The notes: generated by a model from the sequence alone, not told the origin. Shown: positions 16,749-26,390, numbered from the stretch's first letter. The stretch is 64,000 nucleotides of DNA from an uncultured Candidatus Rokubacteria bacterium (GCA_963771355.1 CAVYTA010000005.1:512001-576000); one strand, 5' to 3'. Program-made: numbers and translations.

Positions 16749-18757
16749 GGCTCTCCTCGGTGGATCCGGTCTGGATCGGGGAAAGGATCCCAGAGGCGGG
16801 CGGCCGCTGCCACCGACAGGTCGACGTCCTCCTCCAGGAGATAGCCGCTCGCCACGAGCGCGATCGCGACCTGTCGCACCTGCGCCAGGTACTCCTCGCG
16901 CGAGGCATAGCGCTCCTCGACCGAGATGCGCGGGTCGCCCGACGCGGCGCCTTCCGCCTGGGTGCGCGGGAAGGGCAGGGTGGCGCCGGCGAAGACCAGG
17001 AGCTGCTCGGCGCCACCGATGTCGGGATGGCGCAGCGTCCAGCCGGTATGGGTGGCGATGGGCACCGCGACCTCGGGCAGGATGATGCCGGCGATCTCGT
17101 TTCCGTCGGCATCCACCGCGGAGACCAGGGAGCCGAAGGCGCGCCCAGGCCGGGGCGGCAGGGTGGACCAGTCGAGACGGCGGGGGCGCGCATGATGTCG
17201 CGGGTAGCTCGATCGGGGGATGCGGGCGAAGGCGGGGGCGAGCCGGTCGGGCGGTACCGCGGTCCCGTCGGCGAGCCGCGGATGTTGGCTCGGCGGAGGC
17301 TCCACGCCTTCCGTCACCCAGCGGTCGAGGTTGACCAGGCAGGCGCGGAGCAGCGCGGAGTAATCCACCACGCCGCGGAGGTTCTGTGACTTGTCCACCG
17401 CGCCGGTGGGGTCGGCCGGCGCGATCTGGACCTGGCTGGGCGGCCAGACGCCGAGACCGTGCTCCGTGCCCGCGAAGTGATACACGCGCACGTTGGGGCC
17501 ATGGGCCAGATCATGCACGCCGTCGGGGTCGGTGTGCAGCAGCGAGGCGTCGCCGCGGTGGTACTCGGCCGAGGTGTTCGTGTAGAACGCGCGCAGCCGG
17601 CTCCCCCGCGCGTCGAGCCGGGCGTGGAGCGCGTCCTTCATCCCCGTGTCGGGATCGGTGGCGGGCAGGTCGGCGAACGGGAAGAGGTGCGCCATCATGT
17701 GGTTGCGGTCCTTCGAGTTCTGCCCGAAGCGCTGGTTGAACTCACCCCGCATCCCGCCCGCGACATTGGAGAAGATCCCGTCGAACGCCTCGCGCCCCGC
17801 CTCGTCGAGATTGAGATCCTCGTAGGCGAGGGTACGGAGGAGGCGGCCGGTCTGCGAGCGGCCATAGGCGTAGGCCCAGCGAAGCGCGCCCGGCGCGGGA
17901 TTGCCCTCGGCGGCCCCACCGTGCTTGAGCCAGGACACGGCTTCCCGCAGCGCCGCCATGGAAAGCCCCAGCACGGGCGCGCCCTCGGCGGTGTAGGTGA
18001 CCTGGTAGAGCCGGCCCTTCTCGAAGCCGCCTTCTAGTTGGATGTGGCGCGAGTCGGAAACCACGCGGCCATGGTCCACTCGTGCGAAGCGCCAGCGCTC
18101 GCGCGGGATGGTCTCGGCCGGGCCGTCGGGCTGGTCACGCACCGTGAGGAGGGCGTCGCGCTCCTCGAGGTCGGCGGCGCGGTAGGCGAGGTGTCCGCGG
18201 TCCGATAGGAGGAAGTCGCCGACGTTCGCGCTCGCCTGGAGCTGGGTGTAGACGCGGCCGCGGAGCGGGCGCCCCGCCGCGTCGCGCGCCTCGGGCGCCT
18301 GCATCCGATGGAGGCCGGCGATCTCCGGCACGTCGCACTGCCAGCCGCAGGAGATCACCACCCAGCCCCGCTTCATGAGAAAGCCATCGCCCACGTCGAT
18401 GGGCGGGTTGGGATCCGACCCGGGGACGAAGGCGGGGCGCGTGGCGCGGTTGAAGTTGGGCACGGAGACGGTATTGCCGCGATTGACCACGTCGAGCAGC
18501 ACGCGCCCGCTGCACCGGCTGCGGTCCAGGGGCAGCAGGATTGAGACGTCGCTCCACCACTCGACGCGGCCGGCGGCATTGCGTGGGGCCAGCTCCACGT
18601 CGGTGATGCGCCGGTTCGCGGGGTGAAGCGGGTCGATGGCGAAGTGGAGCCGACCCTTCAGCTCCTCGTAGGGGCCGACCTCGCCCGCGGGGCCGGCGAA
18701 GGCCACGCCCCCGGCAAGAGAGCGCCGCATGATGAGCTCGAAGCGAGTCACGGCCAT
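16745..18757 (-). CDS. Alpha/beta hydrolase domain-containing protein
   Basis: DVVNRGN, GRSQTGR, FAGTEH and DADGNEIAG motifs; ATG at 18757. Confidence 0.8.
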   Translation of the reverse strand: MAVTRFELIMRRSLAGGVAFAGPAGEVGPYEELKGRLHFAIDPLHPANRRITDVELAPRNAAGRVEWWSDVSILLPLDRSRCSGRVLLDVVNRGNTVSVPNFNRATRPAFVPGSDPNPPIDVGDGFLMKRGWVVISCGWQCDVPEIAGLHRMQAPEARDAAGRPLRGRVYTQLQASANVGDFLLSDRGHLAYRAADLEERDALLTVRDQPDGPAETIPRERWRFARVDHGRVVSDSRHIQLEGGFEKGRLYQVTYTAEGAPVLGLSMAALREAVSWLKHGGAAEGNPAPGALRWAYAYGRSQTGRLLRTLAYEDLNLDEAGREAFDGIFSNVAGGMRGEFNQRFGQNSKDRNHMMAHLFPFADLPATDPDTGMKDALHARLDARGSRLRAFYTNTSAEYHRGDASLLHTDPDGVHDLAHGPNVRVYHFAGTEHGLGVWPPSQVQIAPADPTGAVDKSQNLRGVVDYSALLRACLVNLDRWVTEGVEPPPSQHPRLADGTAVPPDRLAPAFARIPRSSYPRHHARPRRLDWSTLPPRPGRAFGSLVSAVDADGNEIAGIILPEVAVPIATHTGWTLRHPDIGGAEQLLVFAGATLPFPRTQAEGAASGDPRISVEERYASREEYLAQVRQVAIALVASGYLLEEDVDLSVAAAARLWDPFPDPDRIHRGEP

Positions 18758-18765
18758 GGGCGGCC

Positions 18766-19536
18766 TCAGTCCGTGCCGACGAGGTGGGGGAGGATCTGGC
18801 CGATGGAGCCGCGCAGGACGGCGTCGGCGAGATCGTCCATGGCGGTGGGCTCGGCGTTGAGGATGACGATGCGCGCGCCCGATTCGCGGGCCACCGGCAC
18901 CACACCCGCGACGGGATAGACGGCGAGGGTGGTGCCCACGGCGAGCAGGAGATCGCAGGATTCGGCCGCCCGCTGCGCCCGCAGCAGATCCTCGCGGACC
19001 AGGCCCTGGCCGAAGGAGATGGTGGCCGACTTGAGGATGCCGCCGCAGGTGCGGCAGGCGGGATCCTCCTCGCCCGCCCGCACGCGCGCGAGCGCGCGCT
19101 GCATGGGGGCGCGCTCGCCGCAGGCCATGCAGGTCACTTCGCGCATGGTGCCGTGGATTTCCACTACCCGCGCGGGATCGGAGCCGGCCTTCTGGTGCAG
19201 GCCGTCCACGTTCTGGGTGATGAGGGTGTGCAGCTTGCCCCGGCGCTCGAGGACCACGAGGGCGCGGTGGCCCGCATTGGGCTCGGCGGTCCACGCGGGC
19301 GACTCGAGCCGGCTCTGCCACGCGCGCTTCCGCACCTCGGGATCGGCCATGTAGTGCTGGAGGGTGGCCATCTGCTCGGCCTTGGGATCGCGCGTCCACA
19401 GGCCCTGGGGACCGCGGAAGTCCGGGATGCCCGACTCCGTGGAGATGCCCGCGCCGGTGAGGACCACCACCCGCTGGGCGGCGTCGACGAGCTTGCGGGC
19501 CGCGTCGAGCTCGGGCCGCTCGGGACCTTTCATCAT
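18766..19536 (-). CDS. cobB: NAD-dependent deacylase (Sir2 family)
   Basis: TGAGISTESGIPDFRG, TQNVDGLH, EIHG and two CxxC zinc motifs. Confidence 0.92.
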   Translation of the reverse strand: MMKGPERPELDAARKLVDAAQRVVVLTGAGISTESGIPDFRGPQGLWTRDPKAEQMATLQHYMADPEVRKRAWQSRLESPAWTAEPNAGHRALVVLERRGKLHTLITQNVDGLHQKAGSDPARVVEIHGTMREVTCMACGERAPMQRALARVRAGEEDPACRTCGGILKSATISFGQGLVREDLLRAQRAAESCDLLLAVGTTLAVYPVAGVVPVARESGARIVILNAEPTAMDDLADAVLRGSIGQILPHLVGTD

Positions 19537-19611
19537 ATCCGCTAGCTCCCCTCGCTCCGCTCGGACCCCATCATGTATCCGCTCGCCTCGCCTTCGGCTG
19601 CGGCTCGCCAA
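19516..19611. repeat. Second locus of the junction-repeat family (one shortened copy plus one degenerate partial copy)
   Basis: CGCTCCGCTCGGA..CATCATGTATCCGCTC..CTCGCCT..GGCTGCGGCTCGCCAA matches the two ends of the 2025-2125 unit. Confidence 0.85.
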
Positions 19612-20107
19612 ACTCGCCCTCGAGCTCGTCGAGGCATTCGGCGAGCAGCGCAAAGGCGGCGCGCGTGAAGGCCCACATATTGGCCTCGCGGTCCGCTCGC
19701 CCCGTCTCGATGGTGCGGGAGCGCTCGAGGGGACCGGTCACCGCGATGCAGCTATGGCCGGCGGCGTCGCCGTAGCGGTTGCCGGTGGGGCCGGCGGCGC
19801 CGGTCTCGCCGAGCCCCCAGGTAGTGCCGAGCCCCTCACGGATGGTGCGCGCGTTGAGGAGCGCGGACGCCTCGGTGCTGGATCGGATGCCGCGCACTGC
19901 GTCGTCCGGAATCGCGAGCAGCCGGCGCCGCGCGGCCTGGGTGTAGATCACGCCGCCGCCGAGAAAATACTTGGAGGCGCCCGGAATGGACAGGAGCGCG
20001 GCCGAGATGAGACCGCCGGTGGAGGATTCGGACACGGCCACGGTGTCGCCCCGCGCGACCAGGCGCGCGGCGAGGGGGGCGCAGAGACCGGCCAGGAGCT
20101 CGGGCAC
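19571..20107 (-). CDS. CinA/PncC family protein (NMN deamidase-like)
   Basis: VAVSESSTGGLI, PGASKYF and ETGAAGP motifs; the C-terminal tail is encoded by the repeat. Confidence 0.88.
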   Translation of the reverse strand: MPELLAGLCAPLAARLVARGDTVAVSESSTGGLISAALLSIPGASKYFLGGGVIYTQAARRRLLAIPDDAVRGIRSSTEASALLNARTIREGLGTTWGLGETGAAGPTGNRYGDAAGHSCIAVTGPLERSRTIETGRADREANMWAFTRAAFALLAECLDELEGEFGEPQPKARRADT

Positions 20108-20197
20108 GGCGTGGAGGATAGCACGGGGCTTGCCGCCGCGCCCGCGCTTCCCCTATGATCGCGGGGCACTCCTCACCACTCGCCACGGAGGCCACAC

Positions 20198-21022
20198 ATG
20201 GGTCAGCTGGACGGCAAGATCGCCATCGTCACCGGCTCCGGTCGCGGCATCGGGCGCGAGGTCGCGCTCCGCGTGGCGCGGGACGGCGCCAACGTCGTGG
20301 TCAACGATCTCGACGACGAGCCCGCTCGCGAGACCATCGCGCTCATCGAGAAGCTCGGCCGCAAGGCCGTGGCCTGCGTGGGCAACGTCACCGCGACGGA
20401 TTTCGGCGACCGCATCGTGGACACCGCGGTGAAACAGCTCGGCGGCGTGCACGTGATCGTGAACAACGCCGGCTACACCTGGGACAACGTCATCCAGAAG
20501 ATGACCGACGAGCAGTGGTACACCATCATCGACGTCCACGTGACCGCGCCCTTCCGCATTCTCCGCGCCTTCGCCAACTACATCCGGCCGGTAGTCGAGG
20601 CGGAGACCAAGGCCGGCCAGCGCGTCGTCCGGAAGATCGTGAACGTGTCGTCCACCTCCGGCACCAACGGCAATGCCGGGCAGGTGAACTACTCGGCGGG
20701 CAAGGCGGCCATGGTCGGGGTGACCAAGACCCTGGCCAAGGAGTGGGGCCGCTACAACGTCACCGTGAACTGCGTGGCCTTCGGCTATATCCAGACGCGG
20801 CTCACCCAGCCGCTCGCCGAGGGTGAGGCCGGCACCATCGAGGTGGACGGGCGCAAGGTGCGCGTGGGCGTCCAGGGCTCGCGCATCGCAGCCATGAACC
20901 AGACCATTCCCCTCGGCCGCGGCGGCACGCCCGCGGAGGCGGCGGGCGCCATCTATCTTTTCTGCAGTCCCGACTCCGACTACGTGAGCGGACAGACCCT
21001 GGTCGTGACGGGCGGCGTTTGA
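20198..21022 (+). CDS. SDR family oxidoreductase (FabG-like)
   Basis: TGSGRGIG, NNAG and YSAGK motifs. Confidence 0.92.
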   Translation: MGQLDGKIAIVTGSGRGIGREVALRVARDGANVVVNDLDDEPARETIALIEKLGRKAVACVGNVTATDFGDRIVDTAVKQLGGVHVIVNNAGYTWDNVIQKMTDEQWYTIIDVHVTAPFRILRAFANYIRPVVEAETKAGQRVVRKIVNVSSTSGTNGNAGQVNYSAGKAAMVGVTKTLAKEWGRYNVTVNCVAFGYIQTRLTQPLAEGEAGTIEVDGRKVRVGVQGSRIAAMNQTIPLGRGGTPAEAAGAIYLFCSPDSDYVSGQTLVVTGGV

Positions 21023-21930
21023 TGGCGCGCAAGCCGGCGCTCAGTCTCGCCGCGGTGCCGGGACGGCGGAGCGCGACGCTCGAGCTGGCGCAGCGGATCG
21101 AGAAGGAAGGCTACGCCGGCATCTATTGCCCCAGCATGAACGACGGCCTCGCCCTCTGCGAGGCGCTCGCCCAGGCGACGAAGACCATCCCCTTCGGCAC
21201 CAGCATCGCCAATATCTACACGCGTCACGCCTCGGACTTCGCGAACACCGCCTCCTTCGTGCACGAGATCTCGGGCGGGCGCTTCCGCTTCGGGATCGGC
21301 GTGAGCCACGGGCCCGCGCATCAGCGGCTGGGCGTGAAGCCGGGGAAGCCCCTGGACGACATCCGGAAGTTCGTGGCCGACCTCCGTGAAGGGGCCAAGA
21401 CCGCGGGTGAGCTGCCCCCGGTGGTCCTGGCGACGCTACGCCAGAAGATGGTGGCGCTCTCGGCCGAGATCGCGCAGGGGGCGGTGTGGGCCAATGCCGC
21501 CCGCTCGCACATGGCGGCCTCGCTGCGCCATCTGCCGGAGGCGAAGCGAAAGGATCCCGCCTTCTTCATCGGCAACATGGTCCCCACGGTGGTGTCCGAC
21601 GACCGTGCCGCCGCGGCGGCGGTGAACCGCAAGACCCTCGTCAACTACGTCAGGCTCCCCAACTACCAGAACTACTGGATCGAGGCGGGCTTCGAGGAGG
21701 AGATGCTGGCCATCCGCAAGGCCATCGCCGCACGCGAGGACGATCGCATCCCCTCGCTGATGTCCGATCGCTGGCTGCGCGAGGTGACGCTGTTCGGGTC
21801 CGCCGCGGAAGTGCGCGAGGGCATCGAGGCCTGGTATGCGGCCGGGGTGAATACCCTCATCGTCGTTCCCTCGTCCACCAAGGGCGGCCAGATGGTCGCC
21901 TTCCAGGAAATCATGGAGGCCCTCCGCTGA
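21022..21930 (+). CDS. LLM-class flavin/F420-dependent oxidoreductase
   Basis: GTSIANIYTR and ISGGRFRFGIGVS motifs. Confidence 0.85.
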   Translation: MARKPALSLAAVPGRRSATLELAQRIEKEGYAGIYCPSMNDGLALCEALAQATKTIPFGTSIANIYTRHASDFANTASFVHEISGGRFRFGIGVSHGPAHQRLGVKPGKPLDDIRKFVADLREGAKTAGELPPVVLATLRQKMVALSAEIAQGAVWANAARSHMAASLRHLPEAKRKDPAFFIGNMVPTVVSDDRAAAAAVNRKTLVNYVRLPNYQNYWIEAGFEEEMLAIRKAIAAREDDRIPSLMSDRWLREVTLFGSAAEVREGIEAWYAAGVNTLIVVPSSTKGGQMVAFQEIMEALR

Positions 21931-22568
21931 TGAACGCCCCCGCCGTCGACACCTCCCGGCTCAGCATGCCGCTGTCCGAGGCCATCTTCACCCAGCGCGC
22001 GATCCGGCGCTTCCGGCCCGACCCCATCCCGACCGCGGATCTCCGGCTCATCATCGAGGCGGCGGTGCGGGCGCCCAACGGCGGCAATCAGCAGGTCGGC
22101 CGCTTCCTGGTCCTCACCGACCGCGCGGTGATCCGCGAGTTCGGCGCGCTGTACCGCGAGGCCTGGTGGGCCAAGCGCTGGGACGACCACAAGTGGACCA
22201 AGCCGGAAGACATCCCGCCCGACAACAAGAACTATCGCTCGGCCATGGGCCTGGCGGAGTCCATGAAGGACGCGCCCTGCGTGGTGCTGGCCTTCTCGAC
22301 CGGATCGGGGGGCGCCAACTCCGTGATCCCCGCGGTGCAGAACCTGATGCTGGCCGCGCGCGCGCTGGGGATCGGCTCGGTGCCCACCACGCTGCACGCC
22401 AAGGTGATGGACCGCGTGAACACCCTGCTGAGCATCCCCAAGGACGCGACCTTCCAGTTCTGCGTGCCACTCGGGTATCCGCAGGGATCCTTCGGGCCCA
22501 ATAACCGCCGGCCCACCGCGGAGACCACCTTCCTCGACCGCTGGGGCGGCGCGGTGCCCTGGAAGTAG
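21930..22568 (+). CDS. Nitroreductase family protein
   Basis: QRAIRRF.PDP, APNGGNQQ and QNLMLAARALGIGS motifs. Confidence 0.9.
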   Translation: MNAPAVDTSRLSMPLSEAIFTQRAIRRFRPDPIPTADLRLIIEAAVRAPNGGNQQVGRFLVLTDRAVIREFGALYREAWWAKRWDDHKWTKPEDIPPDNKNYRSAMGLAESMKDAPCVVLAFSTGSGGANSVIPAVQNLMLAARALGIGSVPTTLHAKVMDRVNTLLSIPKDATFQFCVPLGYPQGSFGPNNRRPTAETTFLDRWGGAVPWK

Positions 22569-22582
22569 GAGAGCGCCTCCCG

Positions 22583-23467
22583 ATGCCCACGCCTGTCTTC
22601 CTCGACTACGATCGCGAGGCGCTGGACCGCGAGTACAACAACCGCGCCAAGGTGCCGAACGCGCTGGAGATGCTCGACGGCTTCACGCGCGAGAGCGCCG
22701 AGGCGCGCGCGGTGCTGCTGTCCCGCCTCGACCTCGCCTACGGCGCGCATCCGGGGGAGCGGCTGGATGCCTTCGCGCCCACCACCCCGCCGCCGGGCGG
22801 AGGCGGAGCGCCCATCCACCTCTTCATCCACGGCGGCTACTGGCAGTGGCTCGACAAGGCCGACTTCAGCTTCGTGGCGCGTGCGTTCGCGCCGGCGGGC
22901 GCCATCACCGTGGTGATCAACTATGCCCTGATGCCCGCCGTCTCCATGGACGAGCTGGTGCGGCAGTGCCGCGCCGCCGCGGCGTGGACGTTCCGCAACG
23001 CGCCGTCGCTCGGCGGTGACCCCGAGCGGCTCTTCGTCTCCGGCCACTCGGCGGGGGGCCATCTCACCGCCATGCTCCTGGCCACTGACTGGCCGCGCTT
23101 CGAGGCGGGGCTTCCGCCGGGGCTGGTCAAGGGGGGCGTGGCTCTCAGCGGGCTTTACGATCTGGAGCCCATCCGCCTCTGCTATCTCAACGACGCGCTG
23201 AAGCTCTCGCCCGAGGCCGCGCGGCGCCATAGCCCCATTCACCTCCGACCCGCGCATCCGCGCCCGCTGCTGCTCGCGGTGGGTGGCCTCGAGGGCCCGG
23301 AATATCACCGGCAGGTGGAGGCGCTCGCCGCGCCCTGGCGAGCCCAGGGGATGCCCATCGAGGTGCTGGACCAAGCGGGCCACGATCACTTCACCATCGT
23401 GATGCAGCTCGCCGATCCCGATTCTCCGCTCAGTCGCGCCGCGCGCGCCCAGATGGGACTCGCCTAG
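22583..23467 (+). CDS. Alpha/beta hydrolase (arylformamidase-like)
   Basis: FIHGGYW, GHSAGG, SGLYDL and DHF motifs. Confidence 0.88.
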   Translation: MPTPVFLDYDREALDREYNNRAKVPNALEMLDGFTRESAEARAVLLSRLDLAYGAHPGERLDAFAPTTPPPGGGGAPIHLFIHGGYWQWLDKADFSFVARAFAPAGAITVVINYALMPAVSMDELVRQCRAAAAWTFRNAPSLGGDPERLFVSGHSAGGHLTAMLLATDWPRFEAGLPPGLVKGGVALSGLYDLEPIRLCYLNDALKLSPEAARRHSPIHLRPAHPRPLLLAVGGLEGPEYHRQVEALAAPWRAQGMPIEVLDQAGHDHFTIVMQLADPDSPLSRAARAQMGLA

Positions 23468-23481
23468 GCTGTCGCCACCGG

Positions 23482-23832
23482 CTACTTCTGGACTTCCAGC
23501 TTGACCTTGGCTTTCCCCGCCCTCACGAATCCGAGCTCCTCGGCCGCGTGCCGCGTGACATCGATCACCGCCGTGGTCGAGGCGGCCATGCGGTCGTTGA
23601 TGGTGACCACGACGCTCTTGCCATTCGCGACATTTCTCACCTTCACCTTGGTCCCAAAGGGGAGCTTCTTGTGGGCCGCCGTGAGCCCGTTCTTGCGGTA
23701 GATGTCCCCGCTGGCCGTCCTCTTTCCTTCGAACTTGTCGCTGTAGAAAGTGGCGACACCCGCCTCGCCGGTCCGAGCGGTGGCACTGTCCGCCATCGAC
23801 ACCGTCACGAGCATCACGAGGAGGGTCATCAT
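23482..23832 (-). CDS. rlpA: RlpA-like lytic transglycosylase (DPBB domain)
   Basis: GVATFY...TASG...TAAHKKLPFGT...INDR; start could alternatively be 23865. Confidence 0.85.
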   Translation of the reverse strand: MMTLLVMLVTVSMADSATARTGEAGVATFYSDKFEGKRTASGDIYRKNGLTAAHKKLPFGTKVKVRNVANGKSVVVTINDRMAASTTAVIDVTRHAAEELGFVRAGKAKVKLEVQK

Positions 23833-23861
23833 CCTCGGTGACGGACTCCTGCCCCGAGCGT

Positions 23862-24908
23862 TCATCGCGGGCTCGTGTCCTCCGCGCGCGCGAGCCTGAT
23901 GAGGCGGGCGAGGGTGGCGAGGCGCTCGTCGAGCGTCCGCCCCGCGGGCTCGACGCGCAAGGTCGTGATGCCCGCCGCGCGGTAGGCGGCGAGCCGCGCC
24001 CGCACCATGGCCTCGGTGCCGATGAGATTGGTCTTGAGCACGAGCTCGTCGGGCACGCGCGCGGTCGCCTCGTCGCGACGGCCGGCCAGCCAGAGGCGCT
24101 GCACCTCCTCCGCGGTGTCGACGTAGCCCGCCCGGCGAAAGGCGTCGTTGTAGAAGTTGTGCCGCGCCGAGCCCATGGCCCCCAGCGTGAAGGCTAGTCC
24201 CGGCCGCCGCTCGGCGATCAGCTCCTCCACGTGGTCGCCGAAGGCCACGGTGCCGCCCGCCTGGAGGTCGAGGTCGGCCAGCGTACGCCCGGCGCGTGCC
24301 GCCCCGCGGGCGAGGGGATCGAGGAACACGCCTGCGTGCTCGGGCATGAAGGAGGTGCCGAGCCAGCCGTCCGCGACCTCGCCGGTGAACTCGAGACTCT
24401 TCGGCGATAGCGTGGCCAGGTACACGGGAATGGGCGGCACCGCGCGCGCGCCCGAGCGGAGAGCTTTGCCCTCGCCGCCGGGGAGGGGAAGCTGGTACAC
24501 CTGGCCCTGGTAGGTGAGCCGCTCGCCGCGCGCCACCAGCCGGACGATCTCGATGATCTCGCGCATCCGCTGCACCGGCCGGTCGAAGACGATGCCGTGC
24601 CAGCCCTCGATCACCTGCGGGCCGCTCACCCCCAGCCCCAGCACGAAGCGGTGGTTCGACATCGCGGAGAGGCTCATGGCCGTCATCGCCACCAGCGCCG
24701 GCGTCCGCGTGCCCGCCTGCATGATGCCGGTGCCGAGCCGGAGGCGGGTGGTGCGCGCGGCGAGATAGGCCAGCGGCGTGACCGCGTCGTGCCCCCACGC
24801 CTCCGCCGACCACACGTCGTCGGCGCCCAGGCGCTCCGCCTCCTCCACGTAGGTGGCGGCGGTGGGCCAATCGTCGACCGCGAGCCGCTTGGAGATCGCG
24901 ATTCGCAC
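23862..24908 (-). CDS. LLM-class (F420-dependent-like) oxidoreductase
   Basis: WSAEAWGHDA and GLGVSGPQVIEGWHG motifs. Confidence 0.9.
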   Translation of the reverse strand: MRIAISKRLAVDDWPTAATYVEEAERLGADDVWSAEAWGHDAVTPLAYLAARTTRLRLGTGIMQAGTRTPALVAMTAMSLSAMSNHRFVLGLGVSGPQVIEGWHGIVFDRPVQRMREIIEIVRLVARGERLTYQGQVYQLPLPGGEGKALRSGARAVPPIPVYLATLSPKSLEFTGEVADGWLGTSFMPEHAGVFLDPLARGAARAGRTLADLDLQAGGTVAFGDHVEELIAERRPGLAFTLGAMGSARHNFYNDAFRRAGYVDTAEEVQRLWLAGRRDEATARVPDELVLKTNLIGTEAMVRARLAAYRAAGITTLRVEPAGRTLDERLATLARLIRLARAEDTSPR

Positions 24909-24943
24909 GGGATGGCGCCCGCGCTCAGGCCAGCGAGGCGGCG
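24904..24943. repeat. 40 bp direct repeat, copy 1 (copy 2 at 26391-26430)
   Basis: 38/40 identical; spans the DinB 3' end, the spacer and the start codon of the next gene. Confidence 0.9.
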
Positions 24944-24996
24944 CCGTCGAGGCGGATGCCGCGGCCGAAGTAGCGGCTCGGGAATTCGATGTTCAT
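24925..24996 (-). pseudogene. Collapsed remnant of the DinB-family gene (23-codon ORF)
   Basis: MNIEFPSRYFGRGIRLDGAASLA matches the start (MNEEF), middle (RYFGGGI..LDG) and end (AAALA) of 26412-26921. Confidence 0.7.
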
Positions 24997-25004
24997 GAGT
25001 CCGA

Positions 25005-25295
25005 CTACCGACTGCCCTCGCAGAGGTACACATCGGCGGTCATGTAGTCTTGGAGCCCGAAGTACCCGCCTTTCGACTTCCGCTCCGGTGTCAACAGAGC
25101 AACATTGCCACCCAGCCGCGCCGCCTTTTTCTGAAGATCGTCGAGCTCGTTGTCGGCAACGGTGCCAAGCACGCGGCAGCCGCGAACCCGATTCTCGTCA
25201 TTGACGACAAGCACGGCGACGGGTGTTGTCGTCGACGCGCACCCCGCCAGGACCAGCGTCGATAGATACGCTGACACAATCCATCTCGTGCTCAT
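25005..25295 (-). CDS. Small lipoprotein of unknown function
   Basis: Lipobox LAGC after a hydrophobic stretch; AGAGGA SD; GC content lower than the flanks. Confidence 0.7.
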   Translation of the reverse strand: MSTRWIVSAYLSTLVLAGCASTTTPVAVLVVNDENRVRGCRVLGTVADNELDDLQKKAARLGGNVALLTPERKSKGGYFGLQDYMTADVYLCEGSR

Positions 25296-25379
25296 CACCG
25301 AGTCCTCTTTGTCATCGTGTGTGGCACTCCTTGGTTGGGGGCGGCAAGATGTCACCCGCCGCGATGTTTTCCTCGGCCG

Positions 25380-26366
25380 TCACTGGATCACCTGGTCTGC
25401 CTGCAGCAGGAGCGATGGCGGGATGGCCAGACCGAGCGCCCTGGCCGTCTTGAGGTTAATGATCAAGTCGAACTTGGTCGCCTGGGCGATGGGAAGGTCC
25501 CCCGCCCGGGCACCCTTGAGAATCTTGTCGACGTACCCGGCGGCCGCCCGGAAGTTCTCAACCAGGTTCGGGCCATAGCACATGAGGCCGCCGTCATCCA
25601 CCGCTTCGCGGAAAGCATACATGGCGGGAAGCCGACGGCTGGCGGCAAAGGCTACGATCGGCTTCCGGTGAGCGTTGGTGACGGAGTCGGGGAGTAGCAG
25701 GAGGCCGTTGGCCCGCTCTCGGGTGATCGCGTCGAACGCCTTCGGCAAATCCTCAGGCCCTCGCACGTCGAGGAGCTGGAGGCCGACCTTGAGTGTCGCG
25801 CCCGCGGCCTCGGTGGCGGCCCGCCCTTCCCGGTGGAGCTGGTTCGCCGAGCTCCAGAGCACCGCGACGCGCGAGGCGGCCGGCACCGCCTCCTTCAGAA
25901 ACTGCAGTCCCTTCCCGCTCATCTCGACATTGAGCAGCGAGACGCCGGTGATGTTCCCTCCGGGGCGCCCCAGGCTGGGTACGATCCCCGTCCCCACGGG
26001 GTCGCCGACGGCCGCGAGGACGATCGGGATGGTCCGTGTCGCGTTCTTCGCGGCCATCCCGCCCTGGGTGGAGGCCGTGACGAAGATATCTGGTCGACCG
26101 GCGACCAGCTCGGCGGCCAGCGCGGGAAGGCGGTCGATCTGGGCCCCTGCGCTGCGGAAGTCGATCACGAGGTTGCGGCCCTCCACGTAGCCCAGCTCGG
26201 CCAGCCGCTGCTCCAGAGCGCGAACCGGGGCGTCCGAGCGCAGGATGCCGGCGGTGAGCACCGCGATCCGCCAGACCTTGCTCGGCGCTTGCGCCTCCGC
26301 GGCGAGCGGAGCGATCAGAAGCAGAAATGCCGGGACGACCAGCCGAGCGATGCCACGTTTCATCAT
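25380..26366 (-). CDS. Orphan ABC transporter substrate-binding protein (ABC_sub_bind type)
   Basis: GYVEGRNL, DPVGTG..SLGRPGGNITG, GGLMCYG and INLKTARALGL motifs. Confidence 0.92.
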   Translation of the reverse strand: MMKRGIARLVVPAFLLLIAPLAAEAQAPSKVWRIAVLTAGILRSDAPVRALEQRLAELGYVEGRNLVIDFRSAGAQIDRLPALAAELVAGRPDIFVTASTQGGMAAKNATRTIPIVLAAVGDPVGTGIVPSLGRPGGNITGVSLLNVEMSGKGLQFLKEAVPAASRVAVLWSSANQLHREGRAATEAAGATLKVGLQLLDVRGPEDLPKAFDAITRERANGLLLLPDSVTNAHRKPIVAFAASRRLPAMYAFREAVDDGGLMCYGPNLVENFRAAAGYVDKILKGARAGDLPIAQATKFDLIINLKTARALGLAIPPSLLLQADQVIQ

Positions 26367-26390
26367 GTCCGGCTAACTCGAATCGCCGTG

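Noticed and set aside
16745..19399. N-terminally extended ORF-track calls (also 2658-3770, 3497-5230, 23482-24870, 26412-27686, 42986-44680)
   Set aside because: The extensions overlap neighbouring genes in another frame; starts were reassigned from motifs, SD sites and stop/start overlaps.
18766..19536. Sir2 gene as an anti-phage defence system
   Set aside because: It is a classical zinc-binding CobB-type deacylase with no defence partners nearby.
25317..25697. Plus-strand ORF containing SLDHLV...RLEVNDQVELGRL
   Set aside because: Antisense shadow of the conserved ABC_sub_bind C-terminus.
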